This document shows positions 28,767 through 39,308 of a DNA stretch of 64,000 nucleotides, in pieces. Source of the stretch: Candidatus Woesearchaeota archaeon (GTDB taxonomy: Archaea > Nanobdellota > Nanobdellia > Woesearchaeales > JABMPP01). The notes under the pieces are model-generated. The model saw only the letters and a program-made list of their open reading frames with translations, did no database searches and was not told the DNA's origin. The translations under genes and the position numbers were made by a program. Location: contig JAGVYD010000014.1 of the NCBI GenBank assembly GCA_018303405.1, positions 9,350 to 73,349 on the forward strand, written 5' to 3'. The stretch's first letter is position 1, and each line of letters opens with the position of its first letter.

Positions 28767-29408
28767 ATGATTATAACCATATCAGGCATGCCCGGCTCCG
28801 GCAAGACAAGTGTCGCATTGTTTCTGGCAAAAAAATTCAGGCTGAAATATTATTCTGTGGGGACCATAATGAGGTCAATGGCAAGGGAGAAGGGCATCAG
28901 CGTCACAGAGATGAACAAAAGGGGCGAAAAGGACAAAAAAATTGACAGGCAGATTGATGATTACCAGATACGGCTGGGAAAGCGTGTAAAAAATGCGATT
29001 TTTGACGGCAGGCTTAGCTTTCATTTTGTCCCGAAGTCTGTCAGGATTTTGCTTCAATGCGACCCGGAAACAGGCGCCAAGAGGATTTTCAGCCAGAAGA
29101 GAAAGAATGAGAATTACTCAACGTACAGGGAAGCCATTGCATACATTAAGAAAAGGTCGGCATCAGAGCGGTTAAGGTTTAAGCGCTATTACAAAGTTGA
29201 TATTAACAGCAGGAAGAATTTTGACATCGTCTATGACACAAGCCACAATGACCAGTGGAGAAGTGCAAATGAAATTCTCAGGATGGTCGAGACTGTCAGG
29301 AAAAATAAGGCGAAAAACGCTGAGCGCAGGATGGCATCTGGAAATTCCCGAATCATGAACAGGACAGGGATCCGGCGCATCTCTGCAAGATCGGGAAGGG
29401 CAAAATAG
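28767..29408 (+). CDS. cmk: Cytidylate kinase (archaeal type)
   Basis: IITISGMPGSGKT, DRQIDDYQ, DGRLS and SERLRFKRYY. Confidence 0.88.
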   Translation: MIITISGMPGSGKTSVALFLAKKFRLKYYSVGTIMRSMAREKGISVTEMNKRGEKDKKIDRQIDDYQIRLGKRVKNAIFDGRLSFHFVPKSVRILLQCDPETGAKRIFSQKRKNENYSTYREAIAYIKKRSASERLRFKRYYKVDINSRKNFDIVYDTSHNDQWRSANEILRMVETVRKNKAKNAERRMASGNSRIMNRTGIRRISARSGRAK

Positions 29409-29467
29409 CCTGATGAATCGTCCTGAAATCAATAAGCTATTTAAATGATAATTTGGTTTTGGTTTCC

Positions 29468-30799
29468 ATGGCAAACATCCTGCTTATTGGCTGCGGCGCC
29501 CGGGAGCACGCAATTGCTGACGCTGTCAAGCGCAGCCCCCAGAAGCCGGTTCTTTATGCAGTGATGGCCTGGAGAAATCCGGCTTTGATTGCAATGTGCG
29601 AGGACTTTATTGTTGCAAAATACAATGATTTCCAGGCGCTTGAGCTTTTCGTGAAGAAGATTAAGCCTGAGTTTTGCATAATCGGCCCTGAGCAGCCCTT
29701 GGCAGAGGGAGTGGTTGACTTTCTCGCAGACCACGGGATTCCGTGCGTCGGCCCTACAAAAAGCCTGGCCAGGCTGGAAACCAGCAAATCATTCACAAGG
29801 ATGCTGATGGATAAGTATAAGATTCCAGGGCTGCCAAAATTCCATGTTTTTGATTCCATGGACGGGATTGCTGAATTCATCGACATGCTCGCAGAGGAAG
29901 GCAAGCAGTTTGTCATAAAGCCTGATGGCCTGACTGGCGGGAAGGGAGTCAAAGTGCAGGGCGACCACCTGAAAGGCAAGGATGATGCATTGGACTATTG
30001 CAAGGAGATTCTTGCGCAGGGCCAGGTGGTAATTGAGGAAAAGCTGGACGGCGAGGAATTCAGCATCCAATGCTTCTGCGATGGAAAGGCAGTTGTGCCG
30101 ACTCCTGCAGCGCAGGACCATAAAAGGGCTTTTGATGGTGACAAGGGGCCCAATACAGGGGGGATGGGAAGCTACAGCATGGAAAACCACCTCTTGCCGT
30201 TTCTTACACAGGATGCAGCAGACCAGGGGATAGAGATCACGAGAAGGATGGCAGCTGCGCTTTATGAGGAGACAGGCGAATTTTACAAGGGCATCATGTA
30301 TGGTGGCTATATCCTCACAAGGGAAGGGGTCAAGCTGATAGAGTACAATGCAAGGTTTGCTGACCCTGAATCAATGAATGTCCTGACTATTTTGGTCACA
30401 GATTTTGTCGAAATCTGCCGTGCAATAATAAATGAGGAGCTCGGCGATCTGGAAATTGTCTTTGCCAGCAAGGCAACTGTGTGCAAGTATGCTGTTCCAC
30501 AGGGATATCCTGACAAGCCAGCCAGGGGAGAGGAGATTTCGCTGGGCGAAAAAATCGCTGGTGTGAAAATCTACCTGGCATCAGTGGAGCAAAGCAAGGG
30601 TGACCCAAAAAAAATGGTCATGCTCGGCTCAAGGGCAATAGCATTTGTGGGCATTGCCGACACAATTCAAAATGCAGAGTACCTGGCGGAAAAAGCTGTT
30701 TCAGCTGTGCAGGGCCCGGCTTTCCACAGAAAGGACATTGGCACCACTGACTTGATTGATAAGAGAGTTGACCATATCAGGAAGATGTCGCCAAGGTAA
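29468..30799 (+). CDS. purD: Phosphoribosylamine-glycine ligase
   Basis: GCGAREHA, IGPEQPL, QDHKRAFDGDKGPNTGGMG and EYNARFADPE. Confidence 0.97.
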   Translation: MANILLIGCGAREHAIADAVKRSPQKPVLYAVMAWRNPALIAMCEDFIVAKYNDFQALELFVKKIKPEFCIIGPEQPLAEGVVDFLADHGIPCVGPTKSLARLETSKSFTRMLMDKYKIPGLPKFHVFDSMDGIAEFIDMLAEEGKQFVIKPDGLTGGKGVKVQGDHLKGKDDALDYCKEILAQGQVVIEEKLDGEEFSIQCFCDGKAVVPTPAAQDHKRAFDGDKGPNTGGMGSYSMENHLLPFLTQDAADQGIEITRRMAAALYEETGEFYKGIMYGGYILTREGVKLIEYNARFADPESMNVLTILVTDFVEICRAIINEELGDLEIVFASKATVCKYAVPQGYPDKPARGEEISLGEKIAGVKIYLASVEQSKGDPKKMVMLGSRAIAFVGIADTIQNAEYLAEKAVSAVQGPAFHRKDIGTTDLIDKRVDHIRKMSPR

Positions 30800-30831
30800 G
30801 CTTGTGCCGGCAGTTAGGAAAATATCGCACC

Positions 30832-31380
30832 ATGAAAGAAAATTTAAGAAAGCATTTTCTGGAAAAGAGGAACGCGCTTCAGGAAAAGCAGATTCAGGAT
30901 TGGAGCAGAATTATCAGGGCTAACCTCGAATCCCTGCCGGAATTCCAGAGAGCCAGGAGCTGCATGGTCTTTGTCTCCAAAGGCAGCGAAGTTTTTACCC
31001 ACGATTTAATCCAGGAAAACCTGACAAGAAAAAGGATTTCCGTGCCTGCCACAACCAAGGCGCATATCATCCCGGCCGTAATCAATTATTTTGACGAGCT
31101 TAAGGAAGGCATGTTTGGGATTCTTGAGCCCAGAAAGATTGTTGAAATGGACAAAGAGGACATTGATTTGGTTATTGTCCCGGGGATTGCCTTTGATGAA
31201 ACTGGCAACAGGCTCGGCTATGGGAAGGGGTATTATGATAAGTTCCTGAAATTGGTTGGCTGCCCAAAAATTGCCCTTTCTTTTGAAATGCAGATTGCAG
31301 AAGAAGTGCCGCGGCACAGCAATGATGTCAAAATGGATATCATTGTGACAGAGCAAAGAGTTATAAAGCCTGGCAGGTAA
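30832..31380 (+). CDS. 5-formyltetrahydrofolate cyclo-ligase
   Basis: DLVIVPGIAFD...RLGYGKGYYDKFL. Confidence 0.95.
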   Translation: MKENLRKHFLEKRNALQEKQIQDWSRIIRANLESLPEFQRARSCMVFVSKGSEVFTHDLIQENLTRKRISVPATTKAHIIPAVINYFDELKEGMFGILEPRKIVEMDKEDIDLVIVPGIAFDETGNRLGYGKGYYDKFLKLVGCPKIALSFEMQIAEEVPRHSNDVKMDIIVTEQRVIKPGR

Positions 31381-31459
31381 TAGACAGCAATAATAAATTA
31401 ACTATATTTAAGTTTTGGCATATTTAAGTTTTGGTGCAAGATTAAAAAGAGCGGAAAAA

Positions 31460-32119
31460 ATGGACTTGAAAACACATTCTGTCGAGCAGGCTATAATAGA
31501 CATCAGGAACGGAAAATTCATAGTAATTTTCGACCCTGAAAGGGAAAAAGAGGGGGACTTGGTCATTGCCGCCAAATTTGCCACCCCGCCAAAGCTTAAG
31601 TTTCTCATGCAAAACTGCTACCAGCAGGTCTGTGTTCCAATGACCGAGCATCTGCTGAAGAAGATGGGGATTCCGCCGATGACTTATTATTCAGAGGATT
31701 TCCACGGCTGCAGGTACGCGCTGTCATGTGATTCCAAAAAGGGAGGCACTGGCGTTTCTGCACGTGACAAGAGCCTCGTTATCCAGGACCTTGTTGCAGG
31801 CAGGCTTGAAAACCTGAGCATGCCGGGCCACACCTTCCCATTGATTGCCAGGCCTGGCGGATTATTCCAGAGGCGCGGCCACACAGAGGCTTCCATTGAC
31901 CTGCTGAAACTGGCAGGCATCAAGCCTGAAATTGCTGTTCTTGCTGAAATCATAGACAATAAGCGCGCAGAGTCAGCCACTGGAGAGGAGCTTGAGGCAT
32001 TTATCGCGAAAAATGGCCTTACAGTTGTCAAGATCCAGGACATTCTGGATTTTATGGCCAGGCCAGGCGAGCCGCAGCTGAATATCACTGCTGAACTGAA
32101 GGAAAAGCCAGCTCAATAA
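31460..32119 (+). CDS. ribB: 3,4-dihydroxy-2-butanone 4-phosphate synthase
   Basis: REKEGDL, TGVSARD, PGHTFPL and RRGHTEAS. Confidence 0.92.
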   Translation: MDLKTHSVEQAIIDIRNGKFIVIFDPEREKEGDLVIAAKFATPPKLKFLMQNCYQQVCVPMTEHLLKKMGIPPMTYYSEDFHGCRYALSCDSKKGGTGVSARDKSLVIQDLVAGRLENLSMPGHTFPLIARPGGLFQRRGHTEASIDLLKLAGIKPEIAVLAEIIDNKRAESATGEELEAFIAKNGLTVVKIQDILDFMARPGEPQLNITAELKEKPAQ

Positions 32120-32170
32120 AACAATAAAACATATAAATACCCCTAAAATCGCATTGATTGGTGGGGAAAA

Positions 32171-33463
32171 ATGGCACCAATTTCTTTCATGGACGACCTC
32201 AGGAAAAAAGATCCGGCAGTGGCTGAAACTATAGACCACGAATTGAGGCGCATCAGGAATGGCGTCGAGCTTATTCCTTCTGAAAATTTTGTTTCCCTTG
32301 CAGTGATGCAGGTCATGGGAACTGTCTTTACAAACAAGTACTCTGAAGGCTACCCGCATAAAAGGTATTATGGAGGCAATGAATATGTTGACATGGTTGA
32401 GGACATTGCTGTTGAGCGGGCAAAAAAGCTGTTTGGCGCTGAGCATGTGAATGTCCAGCCTTATTCCGGCAGCCCTGCCAACCTGGCATGCTTTTTTGCA
32501 TTCATGAGCCTGGGCGATGATTTCATGGGCCTGGACCTGTCCTGCGGCGGCCATCTCACGCACGGCAGCCCTGTTAATTTCTCAGGCAAATGGTACAAGA
32601 TACACAGCTATGGTGTCAACAAGGACACAGAGCTCATGGAGATGGATGTCATAAGAAAACAGGCAAAGGAAGTCAAGCCGAAAATGATAATTTCCGGGCT
32701 GACAGCCTACCCAAGAAAAATTGATTTCAAGGCATTCCAGGAAATCTGCGACGAAGTTGGCGCAATCCACATGTCTGATATTTCGCATATTTCCGGATTG
32801 GTCGTTTCAGGCGTGCATCCGAGCCCGGTACCGCATGCAGATGTTGTCACAACAACAACGCATAAGACATTGAGGGGGCCAAGAGGGGCCATGATAATGT
32901 GCAAGGAAAAGCATGCAAAGGCAATTGACAAGGCTGTTTTCCCGGGATTGCAGGGCGGGCCTCATGACCACATCACAGCTGCAAAGGCAGTTGCATTTGG
33001 CGAGGCCCTTCAGCCAGACTTCAAGGAGTATGGAAAGCAGATAGTCAAAAATGCAAAAGCAATGGCTGAAGAGCTTATGCGAAAAGGGGTAAAGCTTGTC
33101 ACAGACGGGACAGACAACCACCTTATGGTAATAGACCTGACCAAAAGCATGGGCAGGGATTTGACTGGAAAAGGCAAGGAGATACAGATTGCCCTGGAGG
33201 AAGCAGGGATTTACACAAACAAGAACACAATCCCTTATGAGCCTGGCTCGCCATTCAACCCTTCGGGCATAAGGATCGGGACTCCTGCAATAACAACAAG
33301 AGGCATGAAGGAAAGCGAAATGAAAGTGATTGCGGACGGAATTTCCAGGGTCATTGCCAAGTTTGAGGACAGGGACGCAATAACCAGAGTCAATGAGGAC
33401 ATTCTTGAAATGTGCAAGAAATTCGAGCTATATCCCGGGCTGGACATATTGAAGATGAAGTGA
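32171..33463 (+). CDS. glyA: Serine hydroxymethyltransferase
   Basis: ELIPSENF, NKYSEGYP, GGHLTHG and TTTHKTLRGPRG. Confidence 0.98.
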   Translation: MAPISFMDDLRKKDPAVAETIDHELRRIRNGVELIPSENFVSLAVMQVMGTVFTNKYSEGYPHKRYYGGNEYVDMVEDIAVERAKKLFGAEHVNVQPYSGSPANLACFFAFMSLGDDFMGLDLSCGGHLTHGSPVNFSGKWYKIHSYGVNKDTELMEMDVIRKQAKEVKPKMIISGLTAYPRKIDFKAFQEICDEVGAIHMSDISHISGLVVSGVHPSPVPHADVVTTTTHKTLRGPRGAMIMCKEKHAKAIDKAVFPGLQGGPHDHITAAKAVAFGEALQPDFKEYGKQIVKNAKAMAEELMRKGVKLVTDGTDNHLMVIDLTKSMGRDLTGKGKEIQIALEEAGIYTNKNTIPYEPGSPFNPSGIRIGTPAITTRGMKESEMKVIADGISRVIAKFEDRDAITRVNEDILEMCKKFELYPGLDILKMK

Positions 33464-33499
33464 ATAAGATTTATATAGCGCTGATTTCTCTCATATTGT

Positions 33500-34345
33500 A
33501 TGCCAGCCAACATAATCAATGGAAAGGCGCTTGCCGATAAAATCCGAGATAAATTGAAGGAAAAAATATCCAAGGGCAATGCAAAGCCGGGCCTTGCCAT
33601 AATCCAGGTAGGCGACAATCCTGTATCGGCAGTTTACATCAACAAGAAGATGCTCGCTGGCAACGATGTCGGCATCAACATGCAGCATGTCAAGCTTCCT
33701 GAGAATTGCAGGAATGAGGATGTGCTCCAGAAGATTGATGAGCTGAACAATTCGCCCGAGATTCATGGCATGATAGTCCAGCTCCCGCTGCCAAAGCAGC
33801 TTGACACCAATCTGGTCATGAACGCAGTTCTGCCACACAAAGATGTTGACGGATTTCACCCAGTCAATATTGGCAACCTTGCAGCAGGTTCTCCGAAATT
33901 CATTCCAGCAACAGCCAAAGGCATATTAAAATTGATTGAATCAACAGGAATACCATTGAAAGGCAGGCATGCAGTTGTTGTTGGCAGGAGCAACATTGTC
34001 GGAAGGCCGACAAGCTATCTTCTGCTGCAAAAGGATTGCACTGTCACTGTATGCCACAGGGAAACAAGGGACTTGGCCAGCCACACAAGACAGGCTGATA
34101 TCCTTGTGGTTGCAGTCGGAAAAATCGGACTGATAACAGGGAGCATGATCAAGCCAGGCGCAATTGTAATAGATGTCGGGATGAACAAGACAGAGGACGG
34201 CAGGCTTTGCGGCGATGTTGACTTCAATACAGCAAAAGATTTTGCAGGATGGATTACCACTGTGCCTGGCGGAGTAGGGCCGATGACTGTGGCTATGCTT
34301 TTAGAAAATACGTATGAGGCTATGGTGAATAATCCTTTCAAATAA
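33500..34345 (+). CDS. folD: Methylene-THF dehydrogenase/cyclohydrolase
   Basis: VQLPLP, KDVDGFHP, GRSNIVGRP and VPGGVGPMT. Confidence 0.97.
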   Translation: MPANIINGKALADKIRDKLKEKISKGNAKPGLAIIQVGDNPVSAVYINKKMLAGNDVGINMQHVKLPENCRNEDVLQKIDELNNSPEIHGMIVQLPLPKQLDTNLVMNAVLPHKDVDGFHPVNIGNLAAGSPKFIPATAKGILKLIESTGIPLKGRHAVVVGRSNIVGRPTSYLLLQKDCTVTVCHRETRDLASHTRQADILVVAVGKIGLITGSMIKPGAIVIDVGMNKTEDGRLCGDVDFNTAKDFAGWITTVPGGVGPMTVAMLLENTYEAMVNNPFK

Positions 34346-34421
34346 ACAGTATTGAATTCTGCAGGTGAAAAATAAGGTTTATAAAGAGTTCATCACTTCT
34401 AAGTAGAGAGGCAGTAATATC

Positions 34422-34937
34422 ATGGACCTAAACAAAATTGTTGCGAAATCTGTGGAACTTAAACTGATTGACGGCTCGATCGTGCGCGGCAAGGTTCTGA
34501 CTAGGGACATCGCAGAGAAATTGGATATCTATAATTTTGACTATCCATTTGGGGGGAAATATTTCTTCAGGACTGAGGATGGTAATTATGTTAGGCTCAG
34601 TGCTCACGGAATTAATAGGGTTGTGGGAACCCATGGGCCTCTCCGGCAGCAGACAAGGCCCTACTCGTTGAAAATAGAAACATACGACTCTGATAAAAAA
34701 GGCAGGATAATTGAAAGTTATCCCTCTCAATTTGCCCTGATAAGCTGGCCACTTAAGTCAGGCGCTCAGGTATTGGAGATGGTGAACATAAACTCTCCTC
34801 ACACAATAAAAAAATTGGACTTAATGCAGAGGTATGGCAATGGCAGGCCGCAGTTGGTTTATAGTGAAAAAGCCCCTGAAGGGGTATTGACAGGGCCCGG
34901 CGGCTTGATTAAAGCATTGGTCCAGAACCAGGCCTGA
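34422..34937 (+). CDS. Hypothetical protein
   Basis: 171 aa ORF with own TATA (tttataaa at about 34378); no recognised motif. Confidence 0.6.
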   Translation: MDLNKIVAKSVELKLIDGSIVRGKVLTRDIAEKLDIYNFDYPFGGKYFFRTEDGNYVRLSAHGINRVVGTHGPLRQQTRPYSLKIETYDSDKKGRIIESYPSQFALISWPLKSGAQVLEMVNINSPHTIKKLDLMQRYGNGRPQLVYSEKAPEGVLTGPGGLIKALVQNQA

Positions 34938-34998
34938 TGAAGGCGAATTCTTTCAGTAACTTTTATAAACCTACATTTTCTCCCGGGATTGAGCCAAA

Positions 34999-35610
34999 AT
35001 GCTGAAAATCGGAGTTCTATCCTCTACAAGGGCCACAGACATGATTGCACTACTGGATGCAATAAAAAACCGTGAAGTGGATGCCAGGGTGACAGTGGTC
35101 ATAAGCGACAAAAAGAGCGCATTGGCGCTGGACAATGCAAAAAGGCACGGCATTGCAGCGATTGCTGTCAGCCCGGCCGACAAGTCAAGGGAGGACTTTG
35201 ACAAGGAGATCTCGGAAATACTTGACCAGCACAGTGTGGAACTTGTTTTGATGATTGGTTATATGAGGATTGTCTCCCCCTGGTTTGTCAACAGGTATAA
35301 GCACAGGATAATGAACATTCATCCAAGCCTCTTGCCCGCCTTTGCCGGCGGCATGGACAAGGATGTGCACAAGACTGTCCTGGACTCAGGAGTAAAAATA
35401 ACAGGCTGCACACTGCATTTTGTTGACGAGTCAGTGGATGGCGGGCCAATAATAATGCAAAAGGCAGTTGCAATTCAGGAAAGCGAGAGTGTGGACACAT
35501 TGAAGGCAAAAGTCCAGAAGGCAGAGCAGGAAATCATAATCACTGCAGTAAAACTTTATTCACAGGGCAAGCTGAAAGTTGAGGGCAATAAGGTTGTGTC
35601 AGCTGCATGA
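34999..35610 (+). CDS. purN: Phosphoribosylglycinamide formyltransferase
   Basis: GYMRI, NIHPSLLPAF, TGCTLHFV and DGGPII. Confidence 0.96.
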   Translation: MLKIGVLSSTRATDMIALLDAIKNREVDARVTVVISDKKSALALDNAKRHGIAAIAVSPADKSREDFDKEISEILDQHSVELVLMIGYMRIVSPWFVNRYKHRIMNIHPSLLPAFAGGMDKDVHKTVLDSGVKITGCTLHFVDESVDGGPIIMQKAVAIQESESVDTLKAKVQKAEQEIIITAVKLYSQGKLKVEGNKVVSAA

Positions 35611-35636
35611 ATCACTTATGAAGGGGCGACGCTGAA

Positions 35637-36287
35637 ATGAAGGTTTATTTTGTAACCCAGAATGATTATAAGGTCAAAGAAGTCAAGGCAATCATGAAGG
35701 AATATGGGATTAAGATAGATAAGCTCAACCTGGAAAAGGATGAGATGAAGGAAAAGCCCATTGAGCAGGTTGCAGTTGAAAATGCCGAGAAATTTGCGCG
35801 AAAGCATAATGTCCCGGTAATAGTGGAAGACACTGGCTTTTATTTTCATGCCTATGGAAATTTCCCAGGGAGCAATCCAAAACTGATGTATGGCCTTTTG
35901 GGCTACAAAGGCCTGATGAAGCTCCTGGAAAACGAGCAGAACAGAGGGGCTGAATTCAGGAGCGCTGTTGCATTTTCAGACGGGCAGCAGACCAAGCTGA
36001 TTATCGGAAAGCTGACTGGCAGGGTCAGTGATTGCGTTCATGGCGAGGATATTGATGTTATGCCGTATGAGAGGATATTCATAGCAGATGGGCATGAGAA
36101 GCCATTGGCATTCCTGCCAAGGGCAGAGAAAAATAAGATGAGCCACCGTGCCAAGGCGTTCAGGGAAATGGCGGACTGGCTCAACCAAAAGCATAACCTA
36201 AAAAAGGAAGAGAAAGTACAGGACAGCCTCCAGGAAGATGAGTTCCCGGAGATGCACAATTATGAGATGAATGGTGATTATTATTAA
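35637..36287 (+). CDS. Non-canonical purine NTP pyrophosphatase (Ham1/RdgB)
   Basis: FVTQNDYKVKE, VEDTG, FPG and KNKMSHRAKA. Confidence 0.9.
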   Translation: MKVYFVTQNDYKVKEVKAIMKEYGIKIDKLNLEKDEMKEKPIEQVAVENAEKFARKHNVPVIVEDTGFYFHAYGNFPGSNPKLMYGLLGYKGLMKLLENEQNRGAEFRSAVAFSDGQQTKLIIGKLTGRVSDCVHGEDIDVMPYERIFIADGHEKPLAFLPRAEKNKMSHRAKAFREMADWLNQKHNLKKEEKVQDSLQEDEFPEMHNYEMNGDYY

Positions 36288-37809
36288 GCCAAAGGCTGCC
36301 TTAATCAGCGTATTTGACAAGACAGGGATTGCTGATTTCGCTAAAGGGCTGGCCAGGCACGGCATAGAAATTCTCGCAACAGGCGGAACAGCCTCGCTTC
36401 TTGAAAAGAATGGGATAAAGATTACTAAAGTCGAATCCTACACTGGCAGCCCTGAAATTTTGGATGGCAGGGTCAAGACACTGCATCCGAGCATCTTTGG
36501 CGGAATCCTTGCAATCCGCGGCAAGAAGGAGCATGCTGAGCAGCTTTCTGAGCACAAATTGAAGGAAATTGACATGATTGTCGTGAACCTTTATCCATTT
36601 GAAGCCACAATAGCCAAGAATCCAGGCATGGAAGATGCGCTTGAGAACATAGACATCGGCGGAGTTTCGCTTATCAGGGCAGCAGGCAAGAATTTCCAGG
36701 ATGTCGCCGTGATTGTTGACCCAAAGGACTATTCCAGTCTCCTTGATGAAGTGGAAAAAGGCGGGATTGCCGAAGAAACCCTCAAGAAACTGGCTGTCAA
36801 GGCGTTTAGGACAACCGCAGCCTATGATTCTGCAATTGACAATTACCTGAGCGAAAGGCTTGCAGGCGAAAAAGTGATCAGGCCTTTTTTTATGCACGGA
36901 CAGGAGATGAGGTATGGCGAAAACCCGCATCAAAAAGGCTGGTTCTACAAGAGTGAAAAGTTGGAAGAGGCCTGTGTCGCGAATGCAAAGATGCTGAGCG
37001 GCAAGGAGTTGAGCTATAACAACATCCTGGATGCCAATGAGGCTTTCGAGCTTGTAAAGGAATTTGATGAGCCTTGCTGTGCCATCATAAAGCATACCAA
37101 TCCCTCAGGCGTTGCTGTTGACAATGAGATATCCGAAGCCTACAGGAAAGCCCTGGCCTGCGACCCGCTGTCAGCATTTGGCTGTGTTGTTGCAATGAAC
37201 AGGAAGTGCGACATAAGGACAGCTGAGCTGATGAAGCCTAATTTTATTGAGGTGGTAATCTGCCCGGGATTTGAGCCTGGCGCGCTTGAATTGCTGAAAA
37301 CAAAAAAGAATCTCAGGCTGCTTGAAACAGGAAAGATAGGGGAAAGGGCTCCGCAGATGGAAATGCGCACTGTGACCGGCGGCCTTCTTGTGCAGTCAAG
37401 GGATTTCCCAAAATTGGACAACAGGACATTCAAAGCTGTTACCAGGAAAACACCTTCGCCAGGGGAATTGGAGGACATGATTTTTGCAATCAGGGTTGCC
37501 TTGCACGTAAAATCAAATTCTGTTGTTTTTGTCAAGGATAAGGTCACTGTTGGCATCGGGGCAGGGCAGATGTCAAGGGTTGACTCAGTCAAAATTGCAG
37601 TTGAAAAAAGCCAGGGCCTTGTGAAGGGAAGTGTAATGTGCTCTGATGCATTCTTCCCGTTCAGGGACGGGGTGGATGAGGCTGCCAAGGCCGGCGTTTC
37701 TGCCATTGTGCAGCCAGGCGGCTCAATCAGGGATGATGAGGTTGTCAAGGCTGCTGACGAGCATGGAATCTCAATGGTTTTCTCGGGCATAAGGTTGTTC
37801 AAGCACTGA
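36271..37809 (+). CDS. purH: Bifunctional AICAR transformylase/IMP cyclohydrolase
   Basis: ALISVFDKTG, GRVKTLHP, ENIDIGG, RYGENPHQ, SDAFFPF and QPGGSIRD. Confidence 0.97.
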   Translation: MVIIIKPKAALISVFDKTGIADFAKGLARHGIEILATGGTASLLEKNGIKITKVESYTGSPEILDGRVKTLHPSIFGGILAIRGKKEHAEQLSEHKLKEIDMIVVNLYPFEATIAKNPGMEDALENIDIGGVSLIRAAGKNFQDVAVIVDPKDYSSLLDEVEKGGIAEETLKKLAVKAFRTTAAYDSAIDNYLSERLAGEKVIRPFFMHGQEMRYGENPHQKGWFYKSEKLEEACVANAKMLSGKELSYNNILDANEAFELVKEFDEPCCAIIKHTNPSGVAVDNEISEAYRKALACDPLSAFGCVVAMNRKCDIRTAELMKPNFIEVVICPGFEPGALELLKTKKNLRLLETGKIGERAPQMEMRTVTGGLLVQSRDFPKLDNRTFKAVTRKTPSPGELEDMIFAIRVALHVKSNSVVFVKDKVTVGIGAGQMSRVDSVKIAVEKSQGLVKGSVMCSDAFFPFRDGVDEAAKAGVSAIVQPGGSIRDDEVVKAADEHGISMVFSGIRLFKH

Positions 37810-37826
37810 AGTGAAGGTTCCTAATT

Positions 37827-38708
37827 TTACCCAAAATTAATGCCAAGCCTCTCCTCAAGTGGAAAAACTCTTTTTGCATTTTCAAGAAATTGGTGCTGGG
37901 CGTCTTCCGGCAGTTTTTCAAAGAGCGTCAATGCCCGTTTCACATCCAAAAGCCAGGGAAAGTCAGTGCCCCATAAGTATTTTTTATTCAGCTGCCCATC
38001 AGCCATGCTTGCAAGCAGGTCATATTCCATTATGGCAGAATGGATGTCGCTGTGCGTTGATGGCGCAAGCAGGCCGGTTGTCTTGTCAAGCCTCCTTAAT
38101 TCTCCAGTCATGGCAGTTGTGTTGGTGAAGGCATTGGAATAATCACGCAAGAAATTTTTTCTGTAACCCAGTTCAGATTGCCTTAATCCACCCAGGTTGT
38201 GGGCAAGGATAACATTCACTCCAGGGTTCCTTTCAAGCCTGTCCCTGATCTTTGCATCGGATGTGTTCTCTTCAAAGTCATCTGAGCTGCAATGGTTCAG
38301 CACAGGGATGCCTGCTTTCCCGGCTATTTCATAATAAGGGTCAAGTGCAGGGTCATCTATGTCCAGGCCGAGCAGGGATGTCGGCACCTTCAGCCCGATG
38401 ATTTCAGACCTCTTCGCCAGTTTCTCAATTTGTTTAGGTGTGGTTTCCCTGTACTCAAAAGGCGAGTCGGGAGGGGAGGCATACGGCGCCAAGATTAAAT
38501 ATGCCCCAAGCAATAAGTCAGGATTGGCTTTCACAACATCAGCCATGAGTGGGTTCAAGTCAGGATTTGTCCCTACAATAAAATATTTTAGGTCATGGGT
38601 GTGGTTTCCCTGCGTGTCAAAAAATTTTTTCATAAACCTTAGATTATCAAGTGTAAAGCCCTCATTCAGCAGTGGCCCGTACATTGCCTGGGTGTCGATA
38701 ATTTTCAT
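37827..38708 (-). CDS. Amidohydrolase_2-like TIM-barrel protein
   Basis: IIDTQ, IIGLKV, PVLNH, VILAH, LWGTDFP and ENAKRVF. Confidence 0.7.
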   Translation of the reverse strand: MKIIDTQAMYGPLLNEGFTLDNLRFMKKFFDTQGNHTHDLKYFIVGTNPDLNPLMADVVKANPDLLLGAYLILAPYASPPDSPFEYRETTPKQIEKLAKRSEIIGLKVPTSLLGLDIDDPALDPYYEIAGKAGIPVLNHCSSDDFEENTSDAKIRDRLERNPGVNVILAHNLGGLRQSELGYRKNFLRDYSNAFTNTTAMTGELRRLDKTTGLLAPSTHSDIHSAIMEYDLLASMADGQLNKKYLWGTDFPWLLDVKRALTLFEKLPEDAQHQFLENAKRVFPLEERLGINFG

Positions 38709-38940
38709 GCTAATCAGCGTTTTCTCAGTTTATAGTTTATAAATTGATTATTTCAATGTTTATTTTGCGTTGATTTTATAACCTTATAACCCGAACAGGT
38801 TAACATTATAATACCAACCGAGAACACCTTGAAGTGCCCTGCACCTCTTCTTTTTATTCATCTTTGGCAGGATGGTGGCATTTTTAAGATTTTGCAATCT
38901 TATTCAATCCAAATGAATTTTGCATGCAATATTGTGAGGA

Positions 38941-39279
38941 TTAGAGCATTTTGAGCTTGCCTGTGAACTCGTCGATCTTTGTGTCATCATCAGGGCCAAT
39001 GCCCAGGCAGGTCACAGTTCCGGGCTGGAGGACTGTGTAGCCTGCGTCGGTTATTAGGGCAGTCTTTAGCCCCCCGTCACGGCAAAGCGCCATGTATTTT
39101 TTAAGCTCCTTTTCATCGCTGACTTCCAAAACGATTTTTTTGCCTCCCTCTGCCCTCCATTTGTCCAGGATTTTTCTGTCAGTTTTTAGCGCTGCCTCCA
39201 AAGAGGCGTGCGCAACCTGTGCAGCCATTTTGCCCTTTGGCAGTTTTAAGTCCTTTCTGACTATTATTACTTGTTTCAT
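38941..39279 (-). CDS. pth2: Peptidyl-tRNA hydrolase Pth2
   Basis: KQVIIVRKDL, KGKMAAQVAHA, DAGYT and GIGP. Confidence 0.96.
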   Translation of the reverse strand: MKQVIIVRKDLKLPKGKMAAQVAHASLEAALKTDRKILDKWRAEGGKKIVLEVSDEKELKKYMALCRDGGLKTALITDAGYTVLQPGTVTCLGIGPDDDTKIDEFTGKLKML

Positions 39280-39308
39280 TTTTAAGATCAGCCAGCTCAA
39301 TAAGCAGC